DNA of 64,000 nucleotides from a virus (IMGVR_UViG_3300028394_000043); one strand, 5' to 3'; shown: positions 9,577-18,668, counted from the first letter of the stretch. Notes: generated by a model from the letters alone, not told the origin. Made by a program: numbers and translations.

Positions 9577-10410
9577 TCAAAGAGTATAAATTAAAGTATC
9601 TTCGGGGAAAACGTAATTACCACCAATAATTTTACCATTTTTATTATCAAAAACCAATAGTTCTTTATTATTCTTTGAGAATATAATCCAATCAGTTTTA
9701 TATTTTTTAACATTTCCGGTACCCATTATCATATACTCACCCTTTTCAAGTTTCTTGTTGGTGAATGGTTTTATTTGTGCGGTTTTACGTTCTTCATTTA
9801 TTACTATCTCACAATCAATACCACCAATCATATCTTCACTACTACCTAATTTACCAACAGATGTAACATTAGTAATACCAAATTGTTTTTTAAGAGTTTC
9901 TACGGTTGAGTCCTCTCTTTTCTGACCCCAAGCGTGGGTTTGACCTAAGACCATCATAAGTGATTGGAATGTTGATGATTCGGGATTAAAAATTCGTGTC
10001 TTGTATTGTTCAATAAAACCTATAAATTTGTTTACCTCAGTTATTTGGTGAAATATGGTTGTGTCTTTAAATTTAAGTGTAGGTTGATTAAGGGATGTTA
10101 AGACTTTGTTAACGTCTCTAAGAAGAACACAGAAACAACTATAGTTTGTGTTTAATTTATTGATGACTGAACGACCGGGTTGTTCTAAATCATATACTCC
10201 CGACATTTCACCTTCAGAATATCCACCCTTTGAGTAATAATTTTCTGAGAAGACTTCTCGTAAAACATTATTGATTGAGTTTTTGAATATTTCTTTAACT
10301 CGGGGGTTTGTGTTGAAGAGTTGTCTAATTTCTTCTATTTGAATTGGTAGACACTTCTCGGCTTTAGTTTCAGAAAGTACTAAAGAGACTTTGTTTTCAT
10401 TATTGTTCAT
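9577..10410 (-). CDS. PD-(D/E)xK-fold (restriction-like) endonuclease
   Basis: C-terminal WGQKRE...EDMIGGIDCEIV...TAQIKPF fits a helix-E / D / GxD / Q-x-K nuclease signature. Confidence 0.6.
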   Translation of the reverse strand: MNNNENKVSLVLSETKAEKCLPIQIEEIRQLFNTNPRVKEIFKNSINNVLREVFSENYYSKGGYSEGEMSGVYDLEQPGRSVINKLNTNYSCFCVLLRDVNKVLTSLNQPTLKFKDTTIFHQITEVNKFIGFIEQYKTRIFNPESSTFQSLMMVLGQTHAWGQKREDSTVETLKKQFGITNVTSVGKLGSSEDMIGGIDCEIVINEERKTAQIKPFTNKKLEKGEYMIMGTGNVKKYKTDWIIFSKNNKELLVFDNKNGKIIGGNYVFPEDTLIYTL

Positions 10411-10435
10411 AATAGGCTTGTGTTAATATTAGGTA

Positions 10436-10466
10436 CAAATATACAATAAATTTTATAACTACCAAA
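10436..10466 (-). promoter_or_regulatory. Bacteroidota sigma-ABfr-type promoter
   Basis: Minus strand TTTG (10466-10463)-N19-TATATTTG (10443-10436) is an exact match to the -33/-7 consensus TTTG / TAnnTTTG, 25 nt upstream of the nuclease ATG. Confidence 0.85.
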
Positions 10467-10485
10467 ATATTTGTTAAATAATAAA

Positions 10486-10516
10486 ATAAACAACCGAATT
10501 AACCTCGGTTGTTTAT
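10486..10516 (-). terminator. Intrinsic terminator of the SNF2 helicase gene
   Basis: 12-bp perfect stem ATAAACAACCGA / TCGGTTGTTTAT overlapping the stop codon, followed by TTTATTATTT on the minus strand. Confidence 0.8.
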
Positions 10517-12304
10517 CTTATTCATAATGTTTGAGATAAAATCTCCTTTATCCTCTAAATCGTCACCCATTACGGTTCCGATGTTTTGTTTCTTCCTATT
10601 TACCATATCGTAAATTATCACCTCAACACTGTTATCAAATATGGGGTAATAAACTGAGACCGAATTTTTTTGTCCGTATCTGTATGCTCGGTCTTCTGCT
10701 TGTGCTAAGTCTCCCGGAACAAATGATAGGTCGTTAATGATTACGGCTTCGGCAGCGGTTAGTGTAATTCCCACACCTGCGGCCTTTACGTTTCCAACAA
10801 ATACTTTAATCTTTTCGTTATCTTGGAATTGGTCAACAGCGTATTGTCGTTGAGGTTTTGATGTTGAACCATCTAATCTCACCGCTTGTTTTCCAAAATG
10901 GTCGGCAATTCTGTTTAATGTTTCGGTAAAGTTGGTGAAGATAATAACTTTTTTGTCTTGTTCTAAAATATTCTCAGCCAATTCTATGGTGTCTTTGATT
11001 TTTTCTTCGGCAATTACCTGACGAACCTTCATTAACTTACTAAATTGAACCGTCAACGAGGAACTTTCGTCCGGATTCTTATCATACCAATCGTAGTATT
11101 CTCCCATCAACCCTTCATAAAGTTTTGACTTTAATCTTAAATAAACCGGTGTAATAATTTTCTCAGGTAAATCTAAAACTTCCGTCTTCAACCTACGTAA
11201 AACTTGTCTAGATGTTCTATCTCTTAATTCTTCTAAGTTTGACGCTCCGGTTACGTTCCATATTTTACGAGTTCCTGCCGTGAATTGATAACCTTGACAG
11301 TATCTAATAGCATAAGCCATCCAATTCTGAGCCACCGGACTCTCAATAAGTGATAATAAATTAAAATAATTCATTGGTCGGTTAGTCATTGGTGTTCCCG
11401 TTAATAACCACACTCTTTCACATTTTTTAGAAAAACTATTAACCAACTTTGTTCTTGCGGCTTGTCCATTACTCACATAATGTGCCTCATCCAAAATAAT
11501 TAAGTCAAACTCACCTTTTGTAATCAAAGAATTATCTTTATCTTTAAGGTCATAAAAGTTTTTAAGAATATCATAATTTACAATAACGAAATCGTGTTCT
11601 ATTGAGAAATTTTTACCTTCAGAGATATAAACACTTCTATCGGTATAATTCTCAATCTCTCTTTGCCAGTTAATTTTTAGAGATGCCGGACAAACAATCA
11701 ATATTTTTTTAGCTCCTGTCTCTAACGCAGCAATAATAGTTGCGGTGGTCTTACCTAACCCCATATCATCAGCAAGAATAAATCGTTTAGACCCGGCAAG
11801 TTTTTCAATTGCCTCTTTTTGATGTTCTAATGGTGGTCTGTTAGAGTATTTTGAATAATCCACAACAATATTTTTAATTGTGTGTGTTTTAATTAAAGCA
11901 CCTTTTGGTAGCCAAAAATCGTGGATAGTTTCACTTTCCAATACTTTTCCCCAAACGTGATAGGATTTTTCTTTCTCGACTAATAGCTTTTCAACCCATA
12001 CCTGTTCAGGAATTTTAAGTAATAATTTTTCATCGGCAATTTTTTTGGCAAAGTACGGGTCTAAATCAACCCATCGTTTGGCTACCTTAGGTGTTACTTC
12101 GTAATAATTTATAATGTAATCACATTGAGCTCTTGTAGGAAAAAATTTTTTATTAGTCTCCTTTTGGAATTTTAATTTTAAGATGTAGTTATTCGCCCCC
12201 TGATAAGTTTCAAGGAGAGATATTGCTCGTTGTTCTATTGTTAAATTAGAATTTTCAGATGTATTGTTTTCCAAATTTAATCTTTTAGTAGAAATATAAC
12301 ACAT
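10499..12304 (-). CDS. SNF2/SMARCAL1(HARP)-like SF2 helicase/ATPase
   Basis: ILADDMGLGKT (motif I), DEAH (II), LLTGTP (III), QAEDRAYRYGQ (VI). The true start may be the TTG at 12274. Confidence 0.95.
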   Translation of the reverse strand: MCYISTKRLNLENNTSENSNLTIEQRAISLLETYQGANNYILKLKFQKETNKKFFPTRAQCDYIINYYEVTPKVAKRWVDLDPYFAKKIADEKLLLKIPEQVWVEKLLVEKEKSYHVWGKVLESETIHDFWLPKGALIKTHTIKNIVVDYSKYSNRPPLEHQKEAIEKLAGSKRFILADDMGLGKTTATIIAALETGAKKILIVCPASLKINWQREIENYTDRSVYISEGKNFSIEHDFVIVNYDILKNFYDLKDKDNSLITKGEFDLIILDEAHYVSNGQAARTKLVNSFSKKCERVWLLTGTPMTNRPMNYFNLLSLIESPVAQNWMAYAIRYCQGYQFTAGTRKIWNVTGASNLEELRDRTSRQVLRRLKTEVLDLPEKIITPVYLRLKSKLYEGLMGEYYDWYDKNPDESSSLTVQFSKLMKVRQVIAEEKIKDTIELAENILEQDKKVIIFTNFTETLNRIADHFGKQAVRLDGSTSKPQRQYAVDQFQDNEKIKVFVGNVKAAGVGITLTAAEAVIINDLSFVPGDLAQAEDRAYRYGQKNSVSVYYPIFDNSVEVIIYDMVNRKKQNIGTVMGDDLEDKGDFISNIMNKINNRG

Positions 12305-12311
12305 TTTATAA

Positions 12312-12318
12312 TATTTAT
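12312..12318 (+). promoter_or_regulatory. TATTTAT late-promoter-like motif
   Basis: 4 nt upstream of the ATG at 12323. Confidence 0.55.
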
Positions 12319-12322
12319 CAAT

Positions 12323-12835
12323 ATGAATAATAAAGTACCAATAACAAGGATAGGTAAATTCTTTGGTGATGAGGATTTTAAATTAGAACAAGACTTCGGA
12401 ACCGAATGGTTACACGGGGATATGAACTTTACATTAGTTTTATATCGTGTAGATAGACTTAAGACAAAGACAGATGATGTTTATGGTGAGACGGTATCTG
12501 ATGGTATTAAGTTTTTACCACCGGTGGAGTTCAAAGGGTATGTTCAAATCATAACTCCGGAGAGTAAATATTTGGGTAATTCTAAGATTGAACAAATTGA
12601 ACCCGGTAATCTTAAAGTGTCTGTTTATCAAAGAGATTTAGATGCTTTAGAGATAGACATCAATTATGGTGATTACATTGGATACTATGAAACAGAAGAT
12701 AAAGTGAGATATTATACCGTGAATAATGATGGTCGTGTTACTTCAGATAACAAACATACTTATGGAGGGTTTAAACCTTTCTATAGAACCATTATGGCAT
12801 CCGCTGTAACAAATAACGAATTTAGAGGATTATAA
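12323..12835 (+). CDS. Neck / head-closure protein (T4 gp14-like)
   Basis: 170 aa with DDVYGE and IxIxxGDYIGY...YYTV patterns typical of head-closure proteins. It lies between gp13-like and gp15-like genes. Confidence 0.7.
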   Translation: MNNKVPITRIGKFFGDEDFKLEQDFGTEWLHGDMNFTLVLYRVDRLKTKTDDVYGETVSDGIKFLPPVEFKGYVQIITPESKYLGNSKIEQIEPGNLKVSVYQRDLDALEIDINYGDYIGYYETEDKVRYYTVNNDGRVTSDNKHTYGGFKPFYRTIMASAVTNNEFRGL

Positions 12836-13254
12836 TGAAAGTAATAATAACAGAAAATAGAGTATTTGAAACAATCTATAAATATTTGGATAAAACCTAT
12901 AATCCAAATCAAATGGATTGGGTTTATGGTGTGGATGATGCGGAAGATGAATATTCTGAGCCGGAAGAAAATGAACATTTTTTAATGTTCTTTAAGGGTG
13001 ATTGGCAAGGTGAGTATGATACTGATGTTATTTTTCATTATTTTGATGTTGATTTCTACAATGAAAATGACCCGTCACATAAACCTTTTAGAAACCAAGC
13101 CCCAATTTTAGAAGTCATTGGTGAACACGCAGTACATTTAGATACTATGTTTGATAACCATTGGGAGGAACCAATGAAAAAATGGTTCCAAGATAACTTT
13201 AAATTACCGGTTAAAACAATTTCAACATATTACGATTATGAAAATTATAATTAA
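12835..13254 (+). CDS. Acidic hypothetical protein with MKVIITE N-terminus
   Basis: 139-aa ORF coupled to the upstream gene (TAATG). It shares an N-terminal motif with the next gene. Confidence 0.7.
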   Translation: MKVIITENRVFETIYKYLDKTYNPNQMDWVYGVDDAEDEYSEPEENEHFLMFFKGDWQGEYDTDVIFHYFDVDFYNENDPSHKPFRNQAPILEVIGEHAVHLDTMFDNHWEEPMKKWFQDNFKLPVKTISTYYDYENYN

Positions 13255-13681
13255 CGAAAATCAATATAGAAAACTATTAGAAACTATTAACAATGATGAA
13301 GAAAAAAAATTCATTGGTAAAAAAGTTATGGTATATCGTAACTTACATAAAGACACATTTTCAATTCAATATAAATCAAGAATTGTTTTATACGCTGATT
13401 ATGTTAAATTAAATGATGTTGAATTTAGAGTTAGACCGGGTGGTAATGAAAAAGTGGGTAGAGAAAAAAAGAAAAACGTTCACGCGTTTGTTATTGGTGA
13501 TTTAGTTGATTACTGTAATTACCCTTGTGAAAATATACCAAGTGAACCTAATGATAATATTGTTACATATGACCCATATAAATATAAAAGTTTTGTACTT
13601 AAATCAACTAATGAACCAATATTTGGAGCTAATGAAGTTGAAATGGTTAACTCAACAAATAAAATCTTTATAATTAACTAA
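13238..13681 (+). CDS. Conserved phage hypothetical protein with MKIIINE N-terminus
   Basis: 147 aa. The core VYRNLHK...REKKKNVHAFVIG resembles a widespread uncharacterised phage family. Confidence 0.75.
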   Translation: MKIIINENQYRKLLETINNDEEKKFIGKKVMVYRNLHKDTFSIQYKSRIVLYADYVKLNDVEFRVRPGGNEKVGREKKKNVHAFVIGDLVDYCNYPCENIPSEPNDNIVTYDPYKYKSFVLKSTNEPIFGANEVEMVNSTNKIFIIN

Positions 13682-13682
13682 T

Positions 13683-14720
13683 ATGCCGTTACCTAAAAAA
13701 ATCAAAAAATTCATTCCTTTAACGGAACCCAAAACTCTTATGAGTAGAAGGGAAGAATTATTGGAAAAAATTAATAGAGACGGTACTTATTTACCAAAAT
13801 CTTTATTACACGCCGATTTAGATAGAGGGTTTTTAGATTTTGTTAAAGATTCTTTAAAAACAGTTGTTGAAGGTAAGGTTATACCAACGGTTGATATTAT
13901 CCTCACAACACAGAATTGGGCTCAGTTTACCGAAACTTGGAATTTTCAAAATATTGATAAAAATGTTGAACCCCCATTTATAACAACAGTTAGACAACCT
14001 GAAGTTAAATTTGGAACCAACCCTGCCGTTATGTATAACATTCCGGACAGAAGATTATATTTCTATGCTCAGGTCCCAACTTGGGACGGACAAAGACAAG
14101 GTATGGATATCTATAAGATACCTCAACCTGTTCCGGTTGATATTACTTACAATGTTAAAATTGTTTGTAATAGAATGAGGGAGTTAAATAAGTTTAACCA
14201 AATTGTTCTTGAAAAGTTTGCATCCCGTCAAGCATATCAAAATATTAAAGGACATTATATTCCAATTATAATGAATAATATTTCTGATGAATCCGTTATG
14301 GAGATTGAGAAAAGAAAATATTACATTCAGAATTATGATTTTACAATGTTAGGGTTTTTAATTGATGAGGACGAATTTGAAGTTTCCCCGGCAATTAATA
14401 GAACACTTCAAATTGTTGAGGTGGAAACTAATGTAACAAAACGAAGACCTAAAAAAGATACTAATCCAGCAAGTACCGAATTAAAATTTATTTATCAAGT
14501 TGGTAGTACCGTTAAAACTCAATTGTTTAGTTACACAGTAAACTTAAACGTGGGGGATAATATCAATATACAAAGTTTTGATGTTTTTATTAATGGACTT
14601 TATTATGGTAGTGATTTAACCCAAATTCAAATAAACACTAATGATACTATGAGATTAGAAATAACTAAAAATGATGATACTCAAGAGAGTTATATCATAT
14701 TTAATAACGAGTTACTTTAA
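13683..14720 (+). CDS. Tail terminator / sheath stabiliser (T4 gp15-like)
   Basis: 345 aa with PPFITTVR and PQPVPVDITYNVKI...ELNKFNQIVLEKF. It sits between the neck genes and the sheath gene. Confidence 0.75.
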   Translation: MPLPKKIKKFIPLTEPKTLMSRREELLEKINRDGTYLPKSLLHADLDRGFLDFVKDSLKTVVEGKVIPTVDIILTTQNWAQFTETWNFQNIDKNVEPPFITTVRQPEVKFGTNPAVMYNIPDRRLYFYAQVPTWDGQRQGMDIYKIPQPVPVDITYNVKIVCNRMRELNKFNQIVLEKFASRQAYQNIKGHYIPIIMNNISDESVMEIEKRKYYIQNYDFTMLGFLIDEDEFEVSPAINRTLQIVEVETNVTKRRPKKDTNPASTELKFIYQVGSTVKTQLFSYTVNLNVGDNINIQSFDVFINGLYYGSDLTQIQINTNDTMRLEITKNDDTQESYIIFNNELL

Positions 14721-14881
14721 TCTTCTCCGTAAATATCTTTTGTTGGTTTACACTTCTCAACAATAAGTCTTTCTAAGAACCGATACATTTTAATACCCCT
14801 CTTTTCACAGTAAGTTTTAAGAATCTCGTGTGTCTCAACCGATATCTTTAAATTTTTAATCTTTTTGATGTCTTTATCCAT
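14717..14881 (-). CDS. Ribbon-helix-helix DNA-binding protein (54 aa)
   Basis: From the ATG at 14881: MDKDIKKIKNLKISVETHEILKTYCEKRGIKMYRFLERLIVEKCK, a beta-strand (KNLKI) plus two helices typical of RHH/CopG folds. Confidence 0.7.
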   Translation of the reverse strand: MDKDIKKIKNLKISVETHEILKTYCEKRGIKMYRFLERLIVEKCKPTKDIYGED

Positions 14882-14916
14882 AAGTAGAAAAAAGGCAGAA
14901 AATAATCTACCTAAAA

Positions 14917-14968
14917 TATAAATAGTTGCTAGGATGTAAAGTATTTTGGTTTTTTTTCTAATATTTAT
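14917..14968. promoter_or_regulatory. Divergent pair of TATTTAT motifs (minus 14917-14924 to the RHH gene; plus 14962-14968 to the sheath gene)
   Basis: Back-to-back copies of the motif, each oriented toward its downstream gene. Confidence 0.55.
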
Positions 14969-15001
14969 CAATAAAATAAATTAATAACTAAACAAAGACT
15001 A

Positions 15002-18000
15002 ATGGCAACAAGTAGCAACAGCAAAGTATTCGTATCTCCGGGTGTGTATACTTCAGAAGTTGATTTAAGTTTCGTAGCACAGAGTGTGGGTGTAACCACA
15101 TTAGGTATCGTTGGTGAGACAGAAAAAGGTCCCGCATTTGAACCTATCTTCATACGTAACTTTGATGAATTCTCAACTTTTTTTGGGGGAACATCTCCTG
15201 AGAAATTTATAAATACGCAAATCCCAAAGTATGAGGCTGCGTATATTGCAAAATCATATTTACAACAATCTAATCAATTATTCGTAACAAGAGTATTAGG
15301 TTTATCAGGATATGATGCAGGACCATCTTGGTCTATAACAACTAAAGCAAATGTTGATTGTACAACAGTTGATTTCAAATGTTTAAGTGCGACAACGGTT
15401 GATTGTGTGAACACTTGTGTTCAATTTGACACGGTTGATTTCTCTATTCCTTTTACCGGATGTACTTTTACTGCTAATGGTATAACAACAACAACAGTAG
15501 GTATTACTGACCCAACACAAATTCCATCAGAAATTTCGGGTATCTTAAACGAACAATTTGAATTATTTAATGGAAGTACTTCAACAATTAATTCATACTT
15601 AATAAGTCAAATGGCGAGTGTTGTTGAAACACCAAACACTTCAGGTAGTTCAATTTACTACTATGGTACTATTTCAGGTGACGCTTATAATCAATTAGTT
15701 GCTTCCGGATATACAGGTTCAACAAACGTTTATGGTGTTGATAATGTGTGTTCAGATATCGCTAACTATTGTGCAGCACAAAATGACCCTTGGTATTACT
15801 CATTATTTGATAATATTGGTGGAGGTAATTATTCAGGTAGTTCATTCTATACAACAGTTACAGATTTGGTTGATACAACAACAACGTCAAATTGTGCAAC
15901 ATTCTACAACTTTAGTGTTAGTGGTATATCAGGAAGTATTAACTATAATACAAACACAATTGATGTTGTATTACCGTACAATCAATTTAATGGTGCGGAT
16001 TTAACAACAGTTATTGCTGATTTTAGTGCTTGTACTGATATTATTGTAGTTGTTGAAACAGAAGAATTACAAGTTAGTGGTGTTACCGAAAATGATTTTT
16101 CAGGAGGATGTTTAACATATGAAGTACAATCAGAAGATAGTACAGTAACCACATATTGGACTGTTTGTGTAACTGTTCAAAATCAATGTGACCCTATTGT
16201 TAGTGGAAACACAGGTAATGGTAATGTTGGAGGAATCCAAACTTGTTACCAAGGTAACTTAACAGGGGTATTATACATTTACGATGGTATGTCATATACT
16301 GACTACGATGATTTAGTAATTGCAACTTTACGTTCAAGAGGTATCTCATTATATTCTGCATCAGAATCAGGACCTAAATATGAAGTTAACTTAACAGGTT
16401 TAACTATGGATTGTTCAGGTTCTTACTCAGCGGTGACTAAAAACCCATTTGCTCAATTTGGTGTTGACATTACAACTGCGGACGGAGATAATTATTTCTT
16501 TGAAACATCTTTTAGTAATTCTGATTCTCAATACATTTCAAAAGTGTTTGGTACGTCAAACTTCTCAAAACCAAGAACAGTAGTTCCAGTATTTGTTGAG
16601 GAAAATTATCCAGCATTATTACAATACGCATTCAGAAAAGGGTATATTAGAGGATTAAGTTGTAATACAACAGATTTACCTCAAGCTAGAGACTTTAACG
16701 ATAGTACATCAATTGCTTGGTACTTAGAACAATATCAAGCACCTGCATCTCCTTGGGTTGTATCTGAATTACGTGGTAATAAAGTATTTAATTTATTTAA
16801 ATTTGTTACTTTAGCGGACGGTGATTCTGCAAACACTTTAGTTAAAATTTCATTGGCAAATATGTCATTTACTAATGGTACATTTGATGTAATGGTTAGA
16901 GATTTCTTTGATACTGACGCTAATCCGGTAGTTATTGAAAAATTCACTAATTGTAATATGAACCCTAACGATAACGCGTTTGTTGCTAAGAAAATTGGTA
17001 CAGTTGATGGTGAATATGAATTAAATTCTAAATATATTATGATTGAAATTAATGAGGATGCTCCGATAGATGCGTTACCTTGTGGTTTCTTAGGATATAA
17101 CAATAGAGAATACTCAGGTGTTAAATCACCATTCCCATTAATTAAATCACACTACGATTATCCTGGTGAAGTTATTTATAACCAACCATTTGGTAATACT
17201 AAAGGTACTGATGATTCATTAACATCTAATGGTGATAATGTTCGTAGAACTTATTTAGGTATTTCAGATACATTAGGTATTGACTTTAGTATGTATGAAT
17301 ACAAAGGTAAACAATTACCATTAAGTTCTTGTGATATTTCAGGTAGTGATTGGGCTTACAGAAGTAGAGGTTTCCATATGGATATTAATGCTAGTGGAAT
17401 TACAATTCCAAGTACTTTCTCAACAAGTGGTACACCAGCATTCTACACAGGTATATCACCATTCGTTACAGACCCTGATAGTGAAACTAACCAATATTAC
17501 AGACTATACGCTCGTAAATTTACTTTATTAGTTCAAGGTGGTTTTGATGGTTGGGATATCTACAGAGAATATAGAACTAACAGTGATAGATTCAAATTAG
17601 GTAGAACAGGTTATTTACAAGGTGCTAACCCTGATTGTAATCCAAGATATGGTAACGCAACAGGATGGGGAGCGTTTAATCAAATTGCTGTTGGAGACAA
17701 CACTCAAGATTGGGCAAACACTGACTACTACGCTTACTTACTAGGACAAAGAACATTCGCTAACCCTGAGGCGGTTAACATTAACGTATTTGTAACACCG
17801 GGTATATCAATCCAAACAAGTGGTGACTTAGTTGAGTCAGCAATTGAAATGATTGAGTACAGTAGAGCGGATTCATTATATGTTTGTACATTAGATGATT
17901 ACAATATGTTTGTTCCATCAACAGGTGACCCGGCTGATTTATATTACCCACAAGATGTTGTAGACCTTTTAGCTCAAACAGGTATTGACTCTAACTACAC

Positions 18001-18610
18001 AGCAACTTATTACCCTTGGGTATTAACTAGAGATAGTGTAAATAACACTCAAATCTATTTACCACCTACGGCTGAGGTAACAAGAAACTTGGCGTTAACT
18101 GATAACATCGCGTTCCCTTGGTTCGCGGCAGCAGGTTATACAAGAGGTATTGTAAACGCGGTTAAAGCGAGAAAGAAACTTACTCAAGAAGATAGAGATA
18201 CGTTATATAATGGTAGAATTAACCCTATCGCTACGTTCTCAGATGTTGGAACAGTAATTTGGGGTAATAAAACTCTTCAAGTTAGACAATCAGCACTTGA
18301 TAGAATCAACGTAAGAAGATTATTACTTCAAGCTCGTAAATTGATTTCAGCAGTATCTGTAAGATTATTGTTTGAACAAAACGACCAAAAAGTAAGACAA
18401 GACTTCTTAGATGCGGTTAACCCTATCTTAGACGCTATCAGAAGAGATAGAGGTTTATATGACTTCCGTGTAACAGTTTCGTCTGACGCAGCTGACTTAG
18501 ACAGAAATCAAATGACAGGTAAGATTTACGTTAAACCAACTAAATCATTAGAATTTATAGACATTACGTTCTATATTACTCCAACCGGAGCTTCTTTTGA
18601 GAATATTTAA
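15002..18610 (+). CDS. gp18: Contractile tail sheath protein with large Cys-rich/Ig-like insertion
   Basis: N-terminal FVSPGVYTSEVDLS and GIVGETEKGPAFEP. C-terminal WFAAAGYTRG, RINPI, WGNKT, RINVRRLL, LEFIDITF. Confidence 0.97.
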   Translation: MATSSNSKVFVSPGVYTSEVDLSFVAQSVGVTTLGIVGETEKGPAFEPIFIRNFDEFSTFFGGTSPEKFINTQIPKYEAAYIAKSYLQQSNQLFVTRVLGLSGYDAGPSWSITTKANVDCTTVDFKCLSATTVDCVNTCVQFDTVDFSIPFTGCTFTANGITTTTVGITDPTQIPSEISGILNEQFELFNGSTSTINSYLISQMASVVETPNTSGSSIYYYGTISGDAYNQLVASGYTGSTNVYGVDNVCSDIANYCAAQNDPWYYSLFDNIGGGNYSGSSFYTTVTDLVDTTTTSNCATFYNFSVSGISGSINYNTNTIDVVLPYNQFNGADLTTVIADFSACTDIIVVVETEELQVSGVTENDFSGGCLTYEVQSEDSTVTTYWTVCVTVQNQCDPIVSGNTGNGNVGGIQTCYQGNLTGVLYIYDGMSYTDYDDLVIATLRSRGISLYSASESGPKYEVNLTGLTMDCSGSYSAVTKNPFAQFGVDITTADGDNYFFETSFSNSDSQYISKVFGTSNFSKPRTVVPVFVEENYPALLQYAFRKGYIRGLSCNTTDLPQARDFNDSTSIAWYLEQYQAPASPWVVSELRGNKVFNLFKFVTLADGDSANTLVKISLANMSFTNGTFDVMVRDFFDTDANPVVIEKFTNCNMNPNDNAFVAKKIGTVDGEYELNSKYIMIEINEDAPIDALPCGFLGYNNREYSGVKSPFPLIKSHYDYPGEVIYNQPFGNTKGTDDSLTSNGDNVRRTYLGISDTLGIDFSMYEYKGKQLPLSSCDISGSDWAYRSRGFHMDINASGITIPSTFSTSGTPAFYTGISPFVTDPDSETNQYYRLYARKFTLLVQGGFDGWDIYREYRTNSDRFKLGRTGYLQGANPDCNPRYGNATGWGAFNQIAVGDNTQDWANTDYYAYLLGQRTFANPEAVNINVFVTPGISIQTSGDLVESAIEMIEYSRADSLYVCTLDDYNMFVPSTGDPADLYYPQDVVDLLAQTGIDSNYTATYYPWVLTRDSVNNTQIYLPPTAEVTRNLALTDNIAFPWFAAAGYTRGIVNAVKARKKLTQEDRDTLYNGRINPIATFSDVGTVIWGNKTLQVRQSALDRINVRRLLLQARKLISAVSVRLLFEQNDQKVRQDFLDAVNPILDAIRRDRGLYDFRVTVSSDAADLDRNQMTGKIYVKPTKSLEFIDITFYITPTGASFENI

Positions 18611-18617
18611 TAAATAA

Positions 18618-18650
18618 AATTATGACCCATTGTAATAGTGGGTCATAATT
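18618..18650. terminator. 12-bp hairpin after the sheath gene; its U-tract is better on the minus strand
   Basis: AATTATGACCCA-N9-TGGGTCATAATT. The minus strand continues TTATTTATT, the plus strand continues AAGCC. Confidence 0.6.
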
Positions 18651-18668
18651 AAGCCTTATAACAAGAAT

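Noticed and set aside
14917-14924. T4-type TATAAATA late promoter on the plus strand for the sheath gene
   Set aside because: Every other late gene with a motif uses TATTTAT on the coding strand, and the other upstream TATAAATA (9566) has only a minus-strand gene to serve. The minus-strand reading is preferred, though not proven.
14882-14971. Hydrophobic N-terminal extension of the RHH ORF (84-aa version)
   Set aside because: It simply reads through the AT-rich divergent promoter region. The ATG at 14881 gives a clean 54-aa RHH protein downstream of a late motif.
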